Positions 41,386-50,031 of a stretch of 64,000 nt of DNA are shown piece after piece (position 1 is the first letter of the stretch; each line of letters begins with the position of its first letter). Origin of the DNA: Fidelibacterota bacterium (GTDB lineage: Bacteria > Verrucomicrobiota > Kiritimatiellia > JAIPIQ01); NCBI GenBank assembly GCA_021734645.1, contig JAIPIQ010000001.1, positions 3,422 to 67,421 on the forward strand. The letters run 5' to 3'. The notes under the pieces were generated by a model. That model did not search any database, was not told where the DNA came from, and worked only from the letters and a program-made list of their open reading frames with translations. Made by a program: the position numbers and the translations under genes.

Positions 41386-41414
41386 TTGACAGCATAGCGT
41401 TATGATGTTATTGT
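41386..41414 (+). promoter_or_regulatory. Near-consensus sigma70-type promoter (TTGACA, 17-nt spacer, TATTGT) in an AT-rich patch upstream of the antitoxin gene
   Basis: Read directly. GAGG Shine-Dalgarno 6-9 nt before the ATG at 41436. Confidence 0.4.
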
Positions 41415-41435
41415 GCGGCCGGAAATGAGGGAACC

Positions 41436-41669
41436 ATGACGACACTGACCAAACGCGCGACCATTTATCTGGAGCCGAACCTGCATCGCGCCCTGCGCCT
41501 GAAGTCTATAGAGACTTCCCGCTCCCTGTCGGATTTGCTTAACGAGGCGGTACGCACCGAGCTCGCCGAGGACGCCGATGACCTCGGGATTTTCGACGCC
41601 CGGAAAAATGAGCCCACGATCAAATTCGAGGACTTTGTGAAGGAACTCAAGCGCAATGGCACAATATGA
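41436..41669 (+). CDS. Ribbon-helix-helix (CopG/ParD-like) antitoxin
   Basis: 77 aa. Overlaps the downstream RelE/ParE gene by 14 nt. Confidence 0.7.
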   Translation: MTTLTKRATIYLEPNLHRALRLKSIETSRSLSDLLNEAVRTELAEDADDLGIFDARKNEPTIKFEDFVKELKRNGTI

Positions 41670-41916
41670 GATTGTCTTGCGCCAGTCCGTGCGCCAGGAT
41701 CTGGCCCCCATCCCCAAACGCGATGTCCGCCGGATTCTGACTGTCATTGCCAGGTTGGCTGACGATCCCCGCCCGCCGCAAAGTCGCAAGCTCTCTGGAT
41801 CGGAGAAATATCGCTTACGATGTGGCGCGTATCGCGTGCTATACGAAATCCAAGATGCCGTTCTGATTGTCTGCGTCGTGAAAGTCGGACACCGTAGAGA
41901 AGTCTACCGATCATGA
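41656..41916 (+). CDS. RelE/ParE-family type II toxin
   Basis: 86 aa, ...KYRLRCGAYRVLYEIQDAVLIVCVVKVGHRREVY family signature. Confidence 0.8.
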   Translation: MAQYEIVLRQSVRQDLAPIPKRDVRRILTVIARLADDPRPPQSRKLSGSEKYRLRCGAYRVLYEIQDAVLIVCVVKVGHRREVYRS

Positions 41917-42067
41917 AGCCGCGGTGAGGTGGCCCGGCGCACGGCACAAATGTGCGTGTCCTTTTATCTTTATCTTTTTATCTTTCGCCGCGCTGAATTT
42001 TTTGCGTGACCGCGGGCCGGTTTGCGCTTTTGATAGGAGCGGACCCGCAAATCAGGAGCAAGAGCCC

Positions 42068-42916
42068 ATGGCCCATGAAATCAGTCCCGCCGCCGAAGAA
42101 CTGCTGGACCGGGAAATCCCGGTGCTGGATCACGGTTTTGTGCGCCTGGTGGATTACCTGGGGGGCGATCAGCGGATTGTCGAGGCGGCGCGGGTTTCTT
42201 ATGGCGCGGGCACGCGCAATCTCCGGCGGGACGAAGCGCTGATTGACTACCTGCTGGCGCACCGTCACACGTCGCCCTTCGAGCACGTGGTGCTCGAGTT
42301 CCATTGCAAGTTGCCGATTTTTGTGGCGCGGCAGTGGATCCGGCACCGGACGGCGCGGGTCAACGAGATTTCCGGCCGGTACAGCATTCTGGAGAACGAG
42401 TTCTATGTTCCGCCGGCGGATCAGGTTTGTATGCAGAGCACGGATAACAAGCAGGGGCGTTCGCCGGCGGAGGTGCCGGCGGCGTTGCGGTCCAAGGTGC
42501 TCGAGCTGCTGCGCCGGGATCAGGGCGCGATTTACGGATCGTATGAGGAGCTGCTCGAGGATGGTGTGGCGCGCGAGTTGGCCCGGATCAATCTGCCGGT
42601 TTCCTTGTATACCCAGTGGTACTGGCAGATGGATTTGCACAATCTGCTCCACTTTCTGGCCCTGCGGCTCGATTATCACGCCCAATGGGAGATCCGGCAG
42701 TACGCGGAGGCGATTGGCCGCCTGACCCAGGCCGTGGCCCCGTTGGCGTATGCCGCCTTCGAGCGCCATTATCTGAACGCCCGGACCTTCAGCGCCGACG
42801 AAATGGAGGCCCTGCATGAGCTGCTGGCGGGCCGGGATAATCCCCTGACGGGCATTGTGCGCGAGGAGTTTGACCGCAAGCTGGCGCGTGGCGCGCCCGG
42901 GGCGCGCGCGTCATGA
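42068..42916 (+). CDS. thyX: FAD-dependent thymidylate synthase ThyX
   Basis: [14 protein letters not shown] (RHRxxxxxxxSxRY ThyX motif). Internal start [12 protein letters not shown]. Confidence 0.9.
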   Translation: MAHEISPAAEELLDREIPVLDHGFVRLVDYLGGDQRIVEAARVSYGAGTRNLRRDEALIDYLLAHRHTSPFEHVVLEFHCKLPIFVARQWIRHRTARVNEISGRYSILENEFYVPPADQVCMQSTDNKQGRSPAEVPAALRSKVLELLRRDQGAIYGSYEELLEDGVARELARINLPVSLYTQWYWQMDLHNLLHFLALRLDYHAQWEIRQYAEAIGRLTQAVAPLAYAAFERHYLNARTFSADEMEALHELLAGRDNPLTGIVREEFDRKLARGAPGARAS

Positions 42917-43068
42917 AATACGTGTGCACGTCCTGTGGCTACATCTACGATCCCGAGGCCGGTGATCCCGGCCAGGGGATTGCGCCGGGCACGTCGTTCG
43001 CGGCCCTGCCCGAGACGTGGCGTTGTCCGCTCTGCTATGCCGAAAAGGAAGCGTTCGATCCGTTGTGA
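42913..43068 (+). CDS. Rubredoxin
   Basis: Found by reading: [51 protein letters not shown], 51 aa with CxxCG...CPxC. The ATG overlaps the thyX stop (ATGA). Confidence 0.88.
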   Translation: MKYVCTSCGYIYDPEAGDPGQGIAPGTSFAALPETWRCPLCYAEKEAFDPL

Positions 43069-43078
43069 GTGCCGGGTG

Positions 43079-44437
43079 ATGAACGATCAGCTACTGGTGG
43101 TGAACGGCACGGTGGCGCCCTTGGGGGAGCGGCCGCGCCTGATTGCCGACGGGGCGGTCTGGATCGAGCGGGGGGTCATCCGGCGCGTGGGGCGCCGGGC
43201 GGTCGTTCAGCGGGCCGCGCCCGCCCGGATTCCGGAGCTGGATGCGGGGGGGGGCGTGATCCTGCCGGGCTTCATCAATGCCCATACCCATCTGTATTCC
43301 GCGCTGGCGCGGGGACTGGCGCCGAAGCCCCCGGCCCCCAAGGCGTTCACGGATATTCTCAAGCAGCTCTGGTGGCCCCTGGACCGCGTCTTGACGCCGG
43401 CGGATCTCGAAGTCGGCGCCCGGGTGACCCTGGTGGAAAGTATTCGCGCCGGGGTGACGACCCTGGTGGATCATCATGAGAGCCAGGGCTGCCAGCGCCG
43501 CGCCATGGAGGCGCTGAGCGCGGCGGTCGCTCGATCCGGTCTGCGCGCCCTGCTGGCCCTGGGCCTGTCGGATCGGTATGGCCGCGGCGCCAAGGGGCTG
43601 GCGGAAACCGAGACGTTCCTGGCGCGGCACCAGGCCGGCCATTCGGGCCGCAAGCGTGTGACCCCCATGCTGGGTCTGCACGCGCTGTTTACGGTCAATG
43701 ACGAAACCCTGGCAGCCGTGGCCGAGCTGGCGCGCGCCACCGGGCTGGGGTTGCATGTGCATGTGGCCGAGGCCGCCGCCGACGGGCGGCTGTGTCGCGA
43801 GGCGTACGGGTTGACACCCCTCGAACGTCTGGACCGGGTCGGCCTGCTGAATGAGCGCACCCTGGCCATTCATGGCGTCCATCTCGATGCGGCCGCCCAA
43901 CGGCTGCTGGCCCGGCGCGGCGCCGCCTTGATTCATAATCCGCAGTCCAACATGAACAACGCGGTCGGTACCGCCCCCGTGCCGGAGCTGCTGCGTCGCG
44001 GCGTCCAGGTCGGTCTCGGCACGGATGCCATGACCGCCGATGTGCGCCTCGAAGCGCGTGTGGCCCACCTGCTGCATAAACAGGCCGCCGGTGATCCCCG
44101 CATCTTTTTTGTGGAAGCCTGTGAACTGCTCCTGCGCAACAATGCCCAAATCTGCAATCGGTTTCTGCCGCGGCCCATCGGTATGCTGCAACCCGGCGCC
44201 TGCGGCGACATCGCCGTGCTCGACTACGATCCGCCCACGGCCATGACGGCCGCCAATTTCTGCGCCCACTTTCTCTATGGCCTGGCCGGGGCGCCGGTCC
44301 GCGCCACCATCTGCGACGGCGCCGTGCTGCTGGCGGATGGGCGCCTCACCCAGCTCGATGAGCGCGCCATTATGGCTGCCGCCCGACAACACGCCCGACG
44401 TCTCCACCGCCGCTTTGCCGCAACCCCCGCCGGCTGA
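43079..44437 (+). CDS. Metal-dependent amidohydrolase (TRZ/ATZ nucleobase-deaminase / SsnA-like family)
   Basis: ILPGFINAHTHL HxH metal motif and 452 aa length. Confidence 0.72.
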   Translation: MNDQLLVVNGTVAPLGERPRLIADGAVWIERGVIRRVGRRAVVQRAAPARIPELDAGGGVILPGFINAHTHLYSALARGLAPKPPAPKAFTDILKQLWWPLDRVLTPADLEVGARVTLVESIRAGVTTLVDHHESQGCQRRAMEALSAAVARSGLRALLALGLSDRYGRGAKGLAETETFLARHQAGHSGRKRVTPMLGLHALFTVNDETLAAVAELARATGLGLHVHVAEAAADGRLCREAYGLTPLERLDRVGLLNERTLAIHGVHLDAAAQRLLARRGAALIHNPQSNMNNAVGTAPVPELLRRGVQVGLGTDAMTADVRLEARVAHLLHKQAAGDPRIFFVEACELLLRNNAQICNRFLPRPIGMLQPGACGDIAVLDYDPPTAMTAANFCAHFLYGLAGAPVRATICDGAVLLADGRLTQLDERAIMAAARQHARRLHRRFAATPAG

Positions 44438-44763
44438 TGCCCCCCACCGTGGTGACCCCCTATGCCGCCCGCGTCTACGCGGTCGTGCGGACCATTCCGG
44501 CCGGGCGCGTGGCCTCCTACGCCTGGGTGGCGGCCCGCGCCGGCGGATCACCCCGCGCCGTGGGGCAGGCCTTGCGTCGGAATCCCTTCGCCCCGGAGGT
44601 CCCCTGCCATCGCGTGATTGCCGCCCAAGGCGCCCCCGGTGGGTTTCAGGGGCGGGCGGAAGGCGCCGCGCTGGCCCGCAAGTTGCGCCTGCTGGCCACC
44701 GAGGGAGTTTGCTTTCACCGGGGCCGACTCGTCAACCCCGCCGTTCTCCTGAAAGCGGAGTAA
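44437..44763 (+). CDS. Minimal methylated-DNA-protein-cysteine methyltransferase (Ogt/MGMT active-site domain only)
   Basis: PCHRVI active-site motif, 108 aa. The start overlaps the amidohydrolase stop. Confidence 0.75.
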   Translation: MPPTVVTPYAARVYAVVRTIPAGRVASYAWVAARAGGSPRAVGQALRRNPFAPEVPCHRVIAAQGAPGGFQGRAEGAALARKLRLLATEGVCFHRGRLVNPAVLLKAE

Positions 44764-44794
44764 CAGGCGGCCCGCCCGACTGGCGACAAAGACC

Positions 44795-45595
44795 TCAGGC
44801 TGGGGGCGCCAGCCAGCGGCGCACAAACAGGAGCACGCCCGCGCCCAGTAGCAGGGACAGGGTCCCCGGCTCGGGAACAATATCGAAGGAGAGTGTCGGT
44901 CGTTTATAGTCCTCGTCCAGCGTGACGGAATTCTCGTCATTCTGGAACCACCAATTTCCCGGACTGATGTCGTTCCACGGGCCGTCGGGATAGTCCTTGT
45001 GCCATATGCGCAGCGCGAAGGAAACGTGGGCGGCCGAAGTGCCCGCATAATCGTTCAGATACGACGTCAACGCGTTGTTATTCGTTGATACCTGAAAGAA
45101 AGTGCCGGCGTTGGCCACAACCAGCGATGACGCGCCATTCATCTCCCCGATTTCACTGCCAATGGTCCCCTGTCGGTTCCAGGTGATATTGGTGGCGGTG
45201 GTGGTATCGGTGCCCCAGTCCTCGTCCCCCCAGGGGGTTGTCCCGTCGGACTGCACATTGCTCGCCTCATAGAGATACAACCGACCGTCCGAGGTAGACC
45301 CGCCACGCGCCCACTCGAAGTGCGCGTTGGCGATGGATTGGCCGGCGGACAGGGCGGGTAGCTCGAACTTGAGCCAGATGCGAGTGGTAGACCTGCCCGT
45401 AGTGTTCGTCATCCACTCATGCTGATTGATGTAGTTATTCCGGGCGTTGGCGTCCGTGTTGTCCGGAGTGTCCGCTCTAACCACGGCATCCTCACTGCAG
45501 TACAAGGAGTAATCGAAATCGTATACATCCGCCACCGCGGTGAATGTCAGCGCCCACGCCACCGTCCCCAGTATCCAGCACATGTTCTTGCGCAT
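44795..45595 (-). CDS. PEP-CTERM-anchored secreted protein
   Basis: Signal peptide. C-terminal VPEPGTLSLLLGAGVLLFVRRW (PEP motif, TM segment and basic tail). Confidence 0.75.
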   Translation of the reverse strand: MRKNMCWILGTVAWALTFTAVADVYDFDYSLYCSEDAVVRADTPDNTDANARNNYINQHEWMTNTTGRSTTRIWLKFELPALSAGQSIANAHFEWARGGSTSDGRLYLYEASNVQSDGTTPWGDEDWGTDTTTATNITWNRQGTIGSEIGEMNGASSLVVANAGTFFQVSTNNNALTSYLNDYAGTSAAHVSFALRIWHKDYPDGPWNDISPGNWWFQNDENSVTLDEDYKRPTLSFDIVPEPGTLSLLLGAGVLLFVRRWLAPPA

Positions 45596-45672
45596 CTTCT
45601 CTTCCTCCGTTTATGGCCCTGCTCGAATGCGAGCCCGTCATTCAATATCAGTATTATTTGAATAAGAACCTC

Positions 45673-46956
45673 TCATCCCGGTGGTGACAAGTTCTTTCTG
45701 GTTTGTTGTTGCGCATTAGTGGTGCGATATTGCGCAAGGGACACCGGAGGTTCGCGCAGATCCCAGACGAGGCCGAGGCGTTCGAGGGCGCGCAGGATGG
45801 CGTAGGTGATATCCATTTCGCCGGGTCGGAAGCCCTGGCGGGTGGCAATGGGGTAGCGATGGTGGTTGTTGTGCCAACCTTCGCCGAACGTCAGCAGGGC
45901 GAGGATCAGGTTGTTGCCGCTGGTATCCGGGGTGTCGTAGGGGCGGCGCCCGACCAGATGCATGAGGGAGTTGATGCAGAAGGTTGCGTGATAGACCAGG
46001 ACGGTGCTCAGGAAGAAGCCCCAGGCGAGCATCTGGGGGCCGGTGACGTTCCCGGCGGGCCGCGTGGCGGCCAGGGCGGCGCCCAGGCCATACAGGGCGC
46101 CGGCCAGGAGCAGGGGGGGCAGATAGGCGTGGCGGTCAAGCCAGCGCAGTTCGGGAAACCGGGCGAAATCGGGAATGCGTTCGAGGCGGGTGGCCGTATG
46201 GCGGGAACAGAGCAGCCAGCCGATATGCGCCCACCAGAAACCGTCCCGCACGGGCGAATGGATATCCGCATCCTGATCGGCATGCTGGTGGTGGTGACGG
46301 TGATGGGCGGCCCACCAGAGGGGGCCCAGTTGCGCGGCGGTGGCGCCGATGAACGCCAGGACGAACTGGAAGCCGCGGCTGGTGCGGTAGCTCTTATGGG
46401 CGAAGTACCGGTGGTAGCCGCCGGTCAGGGCGAAGACACGCAGGGCATAGAGCAACAGGCAGGCGCTGAGCGCGGCCCAACTGAAACCGACCCAGAACAC
46501 GCTCAGGGCGGCCAGGTGCATCAACAGCAGGGGGGCGGCATCGCGGACGGTGATGCGTTCGTCCGGGCGGCGCGCGCGCCGGGGCGCCGCCGGGGCTTCG
46601 GGATCCGGCGCGCTCGTCAAGCGCTGGCCCGTCTCCAGCTCCAGTTCCGCGGCCCGGCCCGCCGGCAGTTCCAAGGCTTGGCGGGTGCCGCGCGGCGCCC
46701 GGATCAACCGGCCCGGCGGGACATCGGCCCGGATCTTCAGGATTCGGCCCTCGCGGTCCAGGAATACGGCATCAAGCGGGAAGCGCATGGCCAGAGTGTG
46801 CAGGCTGCCGCCGGGCACAAACAACAGGCCGGCCTCCGGCGGGCACGGAAAGCCGAGCCAGCCGCGCAGGCGCGCGCTCAAGGTCCGCGCCCTGCGCACC
46901 CCGCGCAACAACCCAACGCCGTCCCGGTCTATCCTGAGCTTGTCCATACGTTGCAT
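45673..46956 (-). CDS. DUF192 (COG1430) domain fused to a membrane acyl-CoA/lipid desaturase
   Basis: N-terminal ~110 aa match the DUF192 pattern. C-terminal HRYFAH, HHRHHH and HNNHH histidine boxes. Confidence 0.78.
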   Translation of the reverse strand: MQRMDKLRIDRDGVGLLRGVRRARTLSARLRGWLGFPCPPEAGLLFVPGGSLHTLAMRFPLDAVFLDREGRILKIRADVPPGRLIRAPRGTRQALELPAGRAAELELETGQRLTSAPDPEAPAAPRRARRPDERITVRDAAPLLLMHLAALSVFWVGFSWAALSACLLLYALRVFALTGGYHRYFAHKSYRTSRGFQFVLAFIGATAAQLGPLWWAAHHRHHHQHADQDADIHSPVRDGFWWAHIGWLLCSRHTATRLERIPDFARFPELRWLDRHAYLPPLLLAGALYGLGAALAATRPAGNVTGPQMLAWGFFLSTVLVYHATFCINSLMHLVGRRPYDTPDTSGNNLILALLTFGEGWHNNHHRYPIATRQGFRPGEMDITYAILRALERLGLVWDLREPPVSLAQYRTTNAQQQTRKNLSPPG

Positions 46957-47042
46957 TATTCTCTAGCGCCGCCCAGCCCCGAACGCCAGCCCAATCTGTC
47001 CGCTCGACAGTGCCGGCCGACATGCTATGCTGGCCCCGGAAT

Positions 47043-47127
47043 GGGCGAGTGGTGGAATTGGCAGACACGCAAGACTTAGGATCTTGTGCCGCAAGGCGTG
47101 CGGGTTCGAGTCCCGCCCCGCCCACCA
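47043..47127 (+). tRNA. tRNA-Leu (anticodon TAG), type II with a long variable arm, CCA encoded
   Basis: Manually folded. One A-C mismatch in the acceptor stem, T-loop TTCGAGT, anticodon loop CTTAGGA. Confidence 0.8.
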
Positions 47128-47134
47128 ACCCCCG

Positions 47135-47160
47135 GGGCGAACAGAACCCCGTGTTCGCCC
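47135..47160 (+). terminator. Stem-loop (8-bp stem GGGCGAAC/GTTCGCCC, 10-nt loop) directly after tRNA-Leu. Could be a tRNA 3' terminator or an attachment-site remnant.
   Basis: Seen in sequence. Confidence 0.3.
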
Positions 47161-47176
47161 AAAGGACTTTGTGAAC

Positions 47177-48772
47177 ATGTATGAGATGAAGTTCGCCATG
47201 CAGGGCGCGCAGGACAACGGCGAGTTCTTCACCCCGCCCGCGCTCGTCAAGACCCTCGTCAACGTCATCGAGCCGGACCACGGCATCGTCTTCGATCCCG
47301 CCTGCGGCTCAGGCGGCATGTTCGTCCAGTCCAGCCACTTCATCGAGCGCCGTGGCGACCGCGCCGCCCACAAGGTCACTTTCTACGGGCACGAGTACAA
47401 GACGAGCAACATCCGGCTGGCTCTGATGAACCTCGCCGTCCACGCCCTCGAGGGCTCGATCAAGGAGGCCAACACCTTCTATGACGATCCGCACGAGCTG
47501 TTCGGGAAGTGCGACTTCGTCATGGCCAATCCGCCGTTCAACGTGGACAAGGTGGATGCAGGGAAGATCAGGACTGACCGACGCCTGCCGTTCGGATTGC
47601 CGGGCGTGAACAAGGACAAGCAGGTCAGCAACGGGAACTACCTGTGGATCTCGTTCTTCTGGAGCTACCTGAACCAGACCGGCCGCGCCGGGTTTGTCAT
47701 GTCGTCCCAGGCCAGCAGCGCTGGCCACGGCGAGGCCGAAGTCCGCCGCAAGCTCGTCGAAACCGGCGACGTGGACGTGATGATCTCCATCCGCTCCAAC
47801 TTCTTCTACACGCGAACCGTGCCCTGCGAACTCTGGCACTTCGACAAGGGCAAGCCCGCCGCCCGGCGCGACCAGGTGCTGATGATTGACGCCCGGAACA
47901 TCTATCGCAAGGTCACCCGCAAGATTTACGACTTCTCCCCGGAGCAGCAGCAGAACCTCGCCGCCATCGTCTGGCTTTACCGCGGCCAGCCCGACCGCTT
48001 TGTCGGGCTGGTGCAGCAGTACCTCGACCGCACTCTCGCCGAAGCCGCCGCAATAGCCGCTAAGATCGAATCCTTCCGCAAAGCGTGCGCCGCCCTCGCA
48101 ACTGCCGCCGCACCCTTTTTCAAGACCCTGCCCAAAGATTCGCCCCTGCGCGATGGGATCAAGGAACGTGACGATGCGGCCAAGGTTTGTTTCCAAGGCC
48201 TGGATGATCTGATTGCGCGAGTCTCCAAGGATTGGAAGAACTCCTGCGAACCTAACCTCACCGCACAGAAGAAACGGCAGGCCAGCCTGGACGAGCTCGC
48301 CGCTGCCTGCCGGGACCTGGTGAAGGACGCCGACCTCGTCTACAAGCTCGCAGCCCGCGTCTCGGACGCAGCAGAAAAGGATGCCGGGGCCAAGGAGCAC
48401 GACGACTGGGACGGCCGCGCCATCGGGCGGCTGGAGAAAGAACTCGACGCCCGCCGCAAGGAACTGGTCGAACAACTCAAGACCGCCGCCTACTTCGAGC
48501 GGCAGGCCCACTGGCTCCTCTCGCGCTTTCCGGACGGGAAGCTCGTCGCCGTCCCCGGCCTCGTGAAGCTGGTGGACCGCAAGGAAATCGAAGCCGCCGA
48601 CTGGAGCCTCACCCCCGGTCGCTACGTCGGCGTCGCCCCCGTCGAGGACGACGAGGACTTCGACTTCGAGCAGACCCTGCGCGACATCCACACCGAACTC
48701 GCCGACCTGAACAAGGAGGCGGCGGAGTTGGCGGCGACGATTCAGAAGAACTTCGAGGGGCTGGGGATATGA
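47177..48772 (+). CDS. hsdM: Type I restriction-modification N6-adenine DNA methyltransferase subunit, lacking the N-terminal HsdM_N domain
   Basis: Begins at MYEMKF (equivalent to DMYEGLL of EcoKI M). Motif X FFTPP, motif I FDPACGSGGM, motif IV NPPF and the long coiled-coil C-terminal tail ...LTPGRYVG... Confidence 0.85.
   Translation: MYEMKFAMQGAQDNGEFFTPPALVKTLVNVIEPDHGIVFDPACGSGGMFVQSSHFIERRGDRAAHKVTFYGHEYKTSNIRLALMNLAVHALEGSIKEANTFYDDPHELFGKCDFVMANPPFNVDKVDAGKIRTDRRLPFGLPGVNKDKQVSNGNYLWISFFWSYLNQTGRAGFVMSSQASSAGHGEAEVRRKLVETGDVDVMISIRSNFFYTRTVPCELWHFDKGKPAARRDQVLMIDARNIYRKVTRKIYDFSPEQQQNLAAIVWLYRGQPDRFVGLVQQYLDRTLAEAAAIAAKIESFRKACAALATAAAPFFKTLPKDSPLRDGIKERDDAAKVCFQGLDDLIARVSKDWKNSCEPNLTAQKKRQASLDELAAACRDLVKDADLVYKLAARVSDAAEKDAGAKEHDDWDGRAIGRLEKELDARRKELVEQLKTAAYFERQAHWLLSRFPDGKLVAVPGLVKLVDRKEIEAADWSLTPGRYVGVAPVEDDEDFDFEQTLRDIHTELADLNKEAAELAATIQKNFEGLGI
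48704..48772 (+). repeat. hsdM 3'-terminal segment, copy A (authentic end). Its TGA overlaps the ATG of the next gene.
   Basis: Roughly 69 nt, repeated at 49863-49928 and 50673-50741. Confidence 0.8.
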
Positions 48773-49797
48773 GCGACGCACCCGCAAAACTTCCTGGTGA
48801 CTATGCCGCGCTACTGGTCGAGATCAAGGAACGCGTCCGCTCCGCGCAACTCGCCGCTTTCCGGGCGGTCAACAAGGGGCTGGTCGGGCTGTATTGGGAT
48901 ATCGGGCTGATGATTGTCGAACGGCAGGCCGGGGAAACATGGGGGAAGGCAATTGTCCAACAACTGGCTGGAGATTTGCAGCGGGAGTTCCCGGACGTCG
49001 GCGGGTTTTCGGCCTCCAATCTGTGGCGGATGAAGGGATTCTACGAGGCGTATCGCGCCTCCGGAAAACTCGCACCACTGGTGCGAGAAATCGCCTGGAG
49101 TCACAACCTCATCATCTTGGAGCGGTGCAATGAACCGCTGGAGCGCGAGTTCTACCTGCGGATGACCCGCAAATTCGGCTGGTCCAAGAACGTGCTGATC
49201 CACCAGATCGAGAACCAGACCTACGAAAAGAGCCTGCTCGGCCAGACCAACTTCGATAAGGTCTTGACGCCCGAATTGCGCGCCCAGGCCAAGCTGGCCG
49301 TCCGGGATGAGTACAGCTTTGACTTTCTGGAATTGAGCGCAAAGCATTCCGAACGCGAACTCGAACGGGCACTGATTGCGCGCATCGAGCATTTCCTCCG
49401 CGCCATGGGCGGCATGTTTGCCTTTGTCGGCAGTCAGTTCCGGCTGGAAGTCGAGGGCAAGGAGTATTTCATAGACCTGCTCCTGTTCCATCGCCGCCTC
49501 AAATGCTTGGTCGCCATCGAGCTCAAGATCGGCGAGTTCGAGCCCGAGTTCATCGGCAAGATGCAGTTCTATCTGACGGCCCTGGATAAGCAGGTTCGCG
49601 AGGAGGGCGAGAACCCGGCCATCGGCATCATCCTCTGCAAGGAAAAGAAACGCACCGTCGTGGAATACGCCCTCGCACCCGTCAACAAACCCATCGGTGT
49701 CGCCACCTACCAGATCGTCAAACGACTGCCCAAAGCCCTCAAAGGCCAACTCCCCAGTCCCGAACAGATCGTCAAATTGCTGGAGGAGGGCGTGTGA
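48769..49797 (+). CDS. DUF1016/YhcG-family PD-(D/E)xK nuclease inserted between hsdM and hsdS
   Basis: DUF1016_N-like N-terminus (LYWDIGLMIVERQ...GFSASNLWRMKGFY). C-terminal D...ELK core (FIDLLLFH...VAIELKIGEF). Confidence 0.82.
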   Translation: MSDAPAKLPGDYAALLVEIKERVRSAQLAAFRAVNKGLVGLYWDIGLMIVERQAGETWGKAIVQQLAGDLQREFPDVGGFSASNLWRMKGFYEAYRASGKLAPLVREIAWSHNLIILERCNEPLEREFYLRMTRKFGWSKNVLIHQIENQTYEKSLLGQTNFDKVLTPELRAQAKLAVRDEYSFDFLELSAKHSERELERALIARIEHFLRAMGGMFAFVGSQFRLEVEGKEYFIDLLLFHRRLKCLVAIELKIGEFEPEFIGKMQFYLTALDKQVREEGENPAIGIILCKEKKRTVVEYALAPVNKPIGVATYQIVKRLPKALKGQLPSPEQIVKLLEEGV

Positions 49798-49862
49798 AAG
49801 ACGGCAAATCATCCTGCCGCGCCAATGGTGCAAGACACACTGGCACAATTATATCGCCCGCC

Positions 49863-49928
49863 GCCCTGAAGACTCAGGTGGCGGAACTGGCCGCGACGAT
49901 TCAGAAGAACTTCGAGGGGCTGATGTGA
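49863..49928 (+). repeat. hsdM 3'-terminal segment, copy B (partial, diverged). Encodes ...AELAATIQKNFEGLM*
   Basis: A 30-nt identical core, gcgacgattcagaagaacttcgaggggctg, shared with copy A. Confidence 0.8.
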
Positions 49929-49940
49929 AGAGGGTCATGC

Positions 49941-50017
49941 AAAGGACAAAAAGGACGAAAAGGACAAAAAACGCCGCGGCGCCACTCTTTTTCGTTTCTC
50001 TGGTCCTTTTTGTCCTT
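49941..50017. repeat. Long imperfect inverted repeat / hairpin (AAAGGACAAAAAGGAC ... CGCCGCGGCG ... GTCCTTTTTGTCCTTT) immediately upstream of the four-helix-bundle gene
   Basis: Seen in sequence. The palindromic centre lies at 49972-49981. Confidence 0.6.
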
Positions 50018-50031
50018 TCAGTCCCTTTCTT

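Noticed and set aside
45703-47079. 458-aa + strand ORF overlapping the desaturase gene and running into tRNA-Leu
   Set aside because: Antisense artefact. Gly/Ala/Arg-rich with no motifs, and it overlaps a tRNA.
47027-47176. In-frame 5' extension of hsdM proposed by the ORF track (MLAPEWASGGIGRHARL...)
   Set aside because: It reads straight through tRNA-Leu and its downstream hairpin. The real start is the ATG at 47177.
47309-48787. 492-aa minus-strand ORF antisense to hsdM. Similar ORFs lie at 48811-49848 antisense to the DUF1016 gene and at 53835-55310 antisense to hsdR.
   Set aside because: GC-bias antisense ORFs without recognisable domains. The sense genes have clear family signatures.
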